From: Nitrospinaceae bacterium
GTDB taxonomy: Bacteria > Nitrospinota > Nitrospinia > Nitrospinales > VA-1
Direction: 5' to 3'
Length of the DNA stretch: 48,823 bases
NCBI GenBank assembly: GCA_046754465.1
Contig: JBHHVU010000018.1
Span: forward strand, 1 to 48,823
Part shown: positions 48,305 to 48,823 of the stretch, piece by piece
How positions within the stretch are numbered: the stretch's first letter is position 1
Layout: the number at the start of each line of letters is the position of its first letter
Notes under the pieces: generated by a model
Database searches by the model: none
What the model was told of the DNA's origin: nothing
The model's input: only the letters and a program-made list of their open reading frames with translations
Made by a program: the position numbers and the translations under genes

Positions 48305-48823
48305 ATGAAGATTGTCCTGATCATTTCATCCCTTGCGGCCGGGGGAGCCGAACGGGTGATGTCCATCATCGCCAATTACTGGGCGCGAAAGGGTTGGGAC
48401 ATCATCCTGTTGACTTTTGACGATGGCAGTGAACCACCTTTTTATAATCTGGATCCGAAAATCAATCATCAACCCCTCAACCTCGCCGGGAAATCCCATA
48501 ATATTCTCGAAGGGATTTGGAACAATTTCCACAGGGTTCGTGTTATCCGGAAAGCCATAAAAAAATATTCACCACAGGCCGTGGTTGCGTTTATGATCCG
48601 CACGAATATCCTGACTTTAATCGCTCTCCTGGGTCTCAAAATTCCCTCCATTGTCTGTGAACACAGTCATCCTAATTTTTACTGCCAGGATAAAATCTGG
48701 CCTTTATTGCGAAATCTGATTTACCCCAAAGCGTCACAGTTGACCGTTCTGACCCATGCGGTTTTATCCTGTTTGCCGCCCAGGGTTCGGCGGAAAGCGG
48801 TTGTGATCCCCAACCCGGTAAAA
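48305..48823 (+). CDS. GT4 glycosyltransferase (PglH/PglJ-like), truncated at the window end (not in the ORF track)
   Basis: Manual translation MKIVLIISSLAAGGAERVMSIIAN...IVCEH...VIPNPV, open to the end of the window. Confidence 0.88.
   Translation, partial: MKIVLIISSLAAGGAERVMSIIANYWARKGWDIILLTFDDGSEPPFYNLDPKINHQPLNLAGKSHNILEGIWNNFHRVRVIRKAIKKYSPQAVVAFMIRTNILTLIALLGLKIPSIVCEHSHPNFYCQDKIWPLLRNLIYPKASQLTVLTHAVLSCLPPRVRRKAVVIPNPVK

Noticed and set aside
1..48823. CRISPR arrays, tRNA/rRNA genes, transposases and integrases
   Set aside because: None was recognised on either strand by eye. A tRNAscan/Infernal run would be needed to fully exclude small RNAs.

Overview
Bacterial chromosomal window from a diderm organism (it has a waaF-type heptosyltransferase). 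Gene order and protein style suggest a Nitrospinota-like lineage, which is a low-confidence inference. Five zones: (1) 1-4.8 kb, small exported and hypothetical proteins with recognisable regulatory DNA: a sigma54 promoter with an upstream palindrome, three related 11-bp-periodic OmpR/PhoB-type promoters, and a structured 5' leader. (2) 4.9-33.1 kb, mostly housekeeping genes: tnaA, hflX, pcrA/uvrD, HtrA, hemE-hemH, queG, HDAC, clpC, an Ala/Gly symporter, waaF, and rho-rpmE-prfA-prmC-murA. (3) 33.6-39.4 kb, an accessory block: stand-alone DnaE2-type polymerase, RHH/VapC toxin-antitoxin pair, PflX-like radical SAM and a YkgJ-like protein. (4) 39.8-41.1 kb, a segment with an AT-rich upstream part, bracketed by 19-bp inverted repeats, carrying an untracked 41-aa membrane peptide and a secreted dirigent/AOC-like protein. 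(5) 41.5-48.8 kb, the start of a surface-polysaccharide locus: priming glycosyltransferase, carbamoyltransferase + SxtJ-like + DUF5989/SxtK-like triad, a Wzc with degenerate kinase motifs fused to VanZ, and a GT4. The best candidate for an undescribed system is the DUF5989 micro-protein, present twice. Its C-terminal FIYTLF matches the tyrosine acyl-shuttle motif of DltX and of PatA/AlgI-type MBOATs, suggesting a transmembrane carbamoyl relay for glycan decoration. No rRNA, tRNA, CRISPR array or transposase was recognised.
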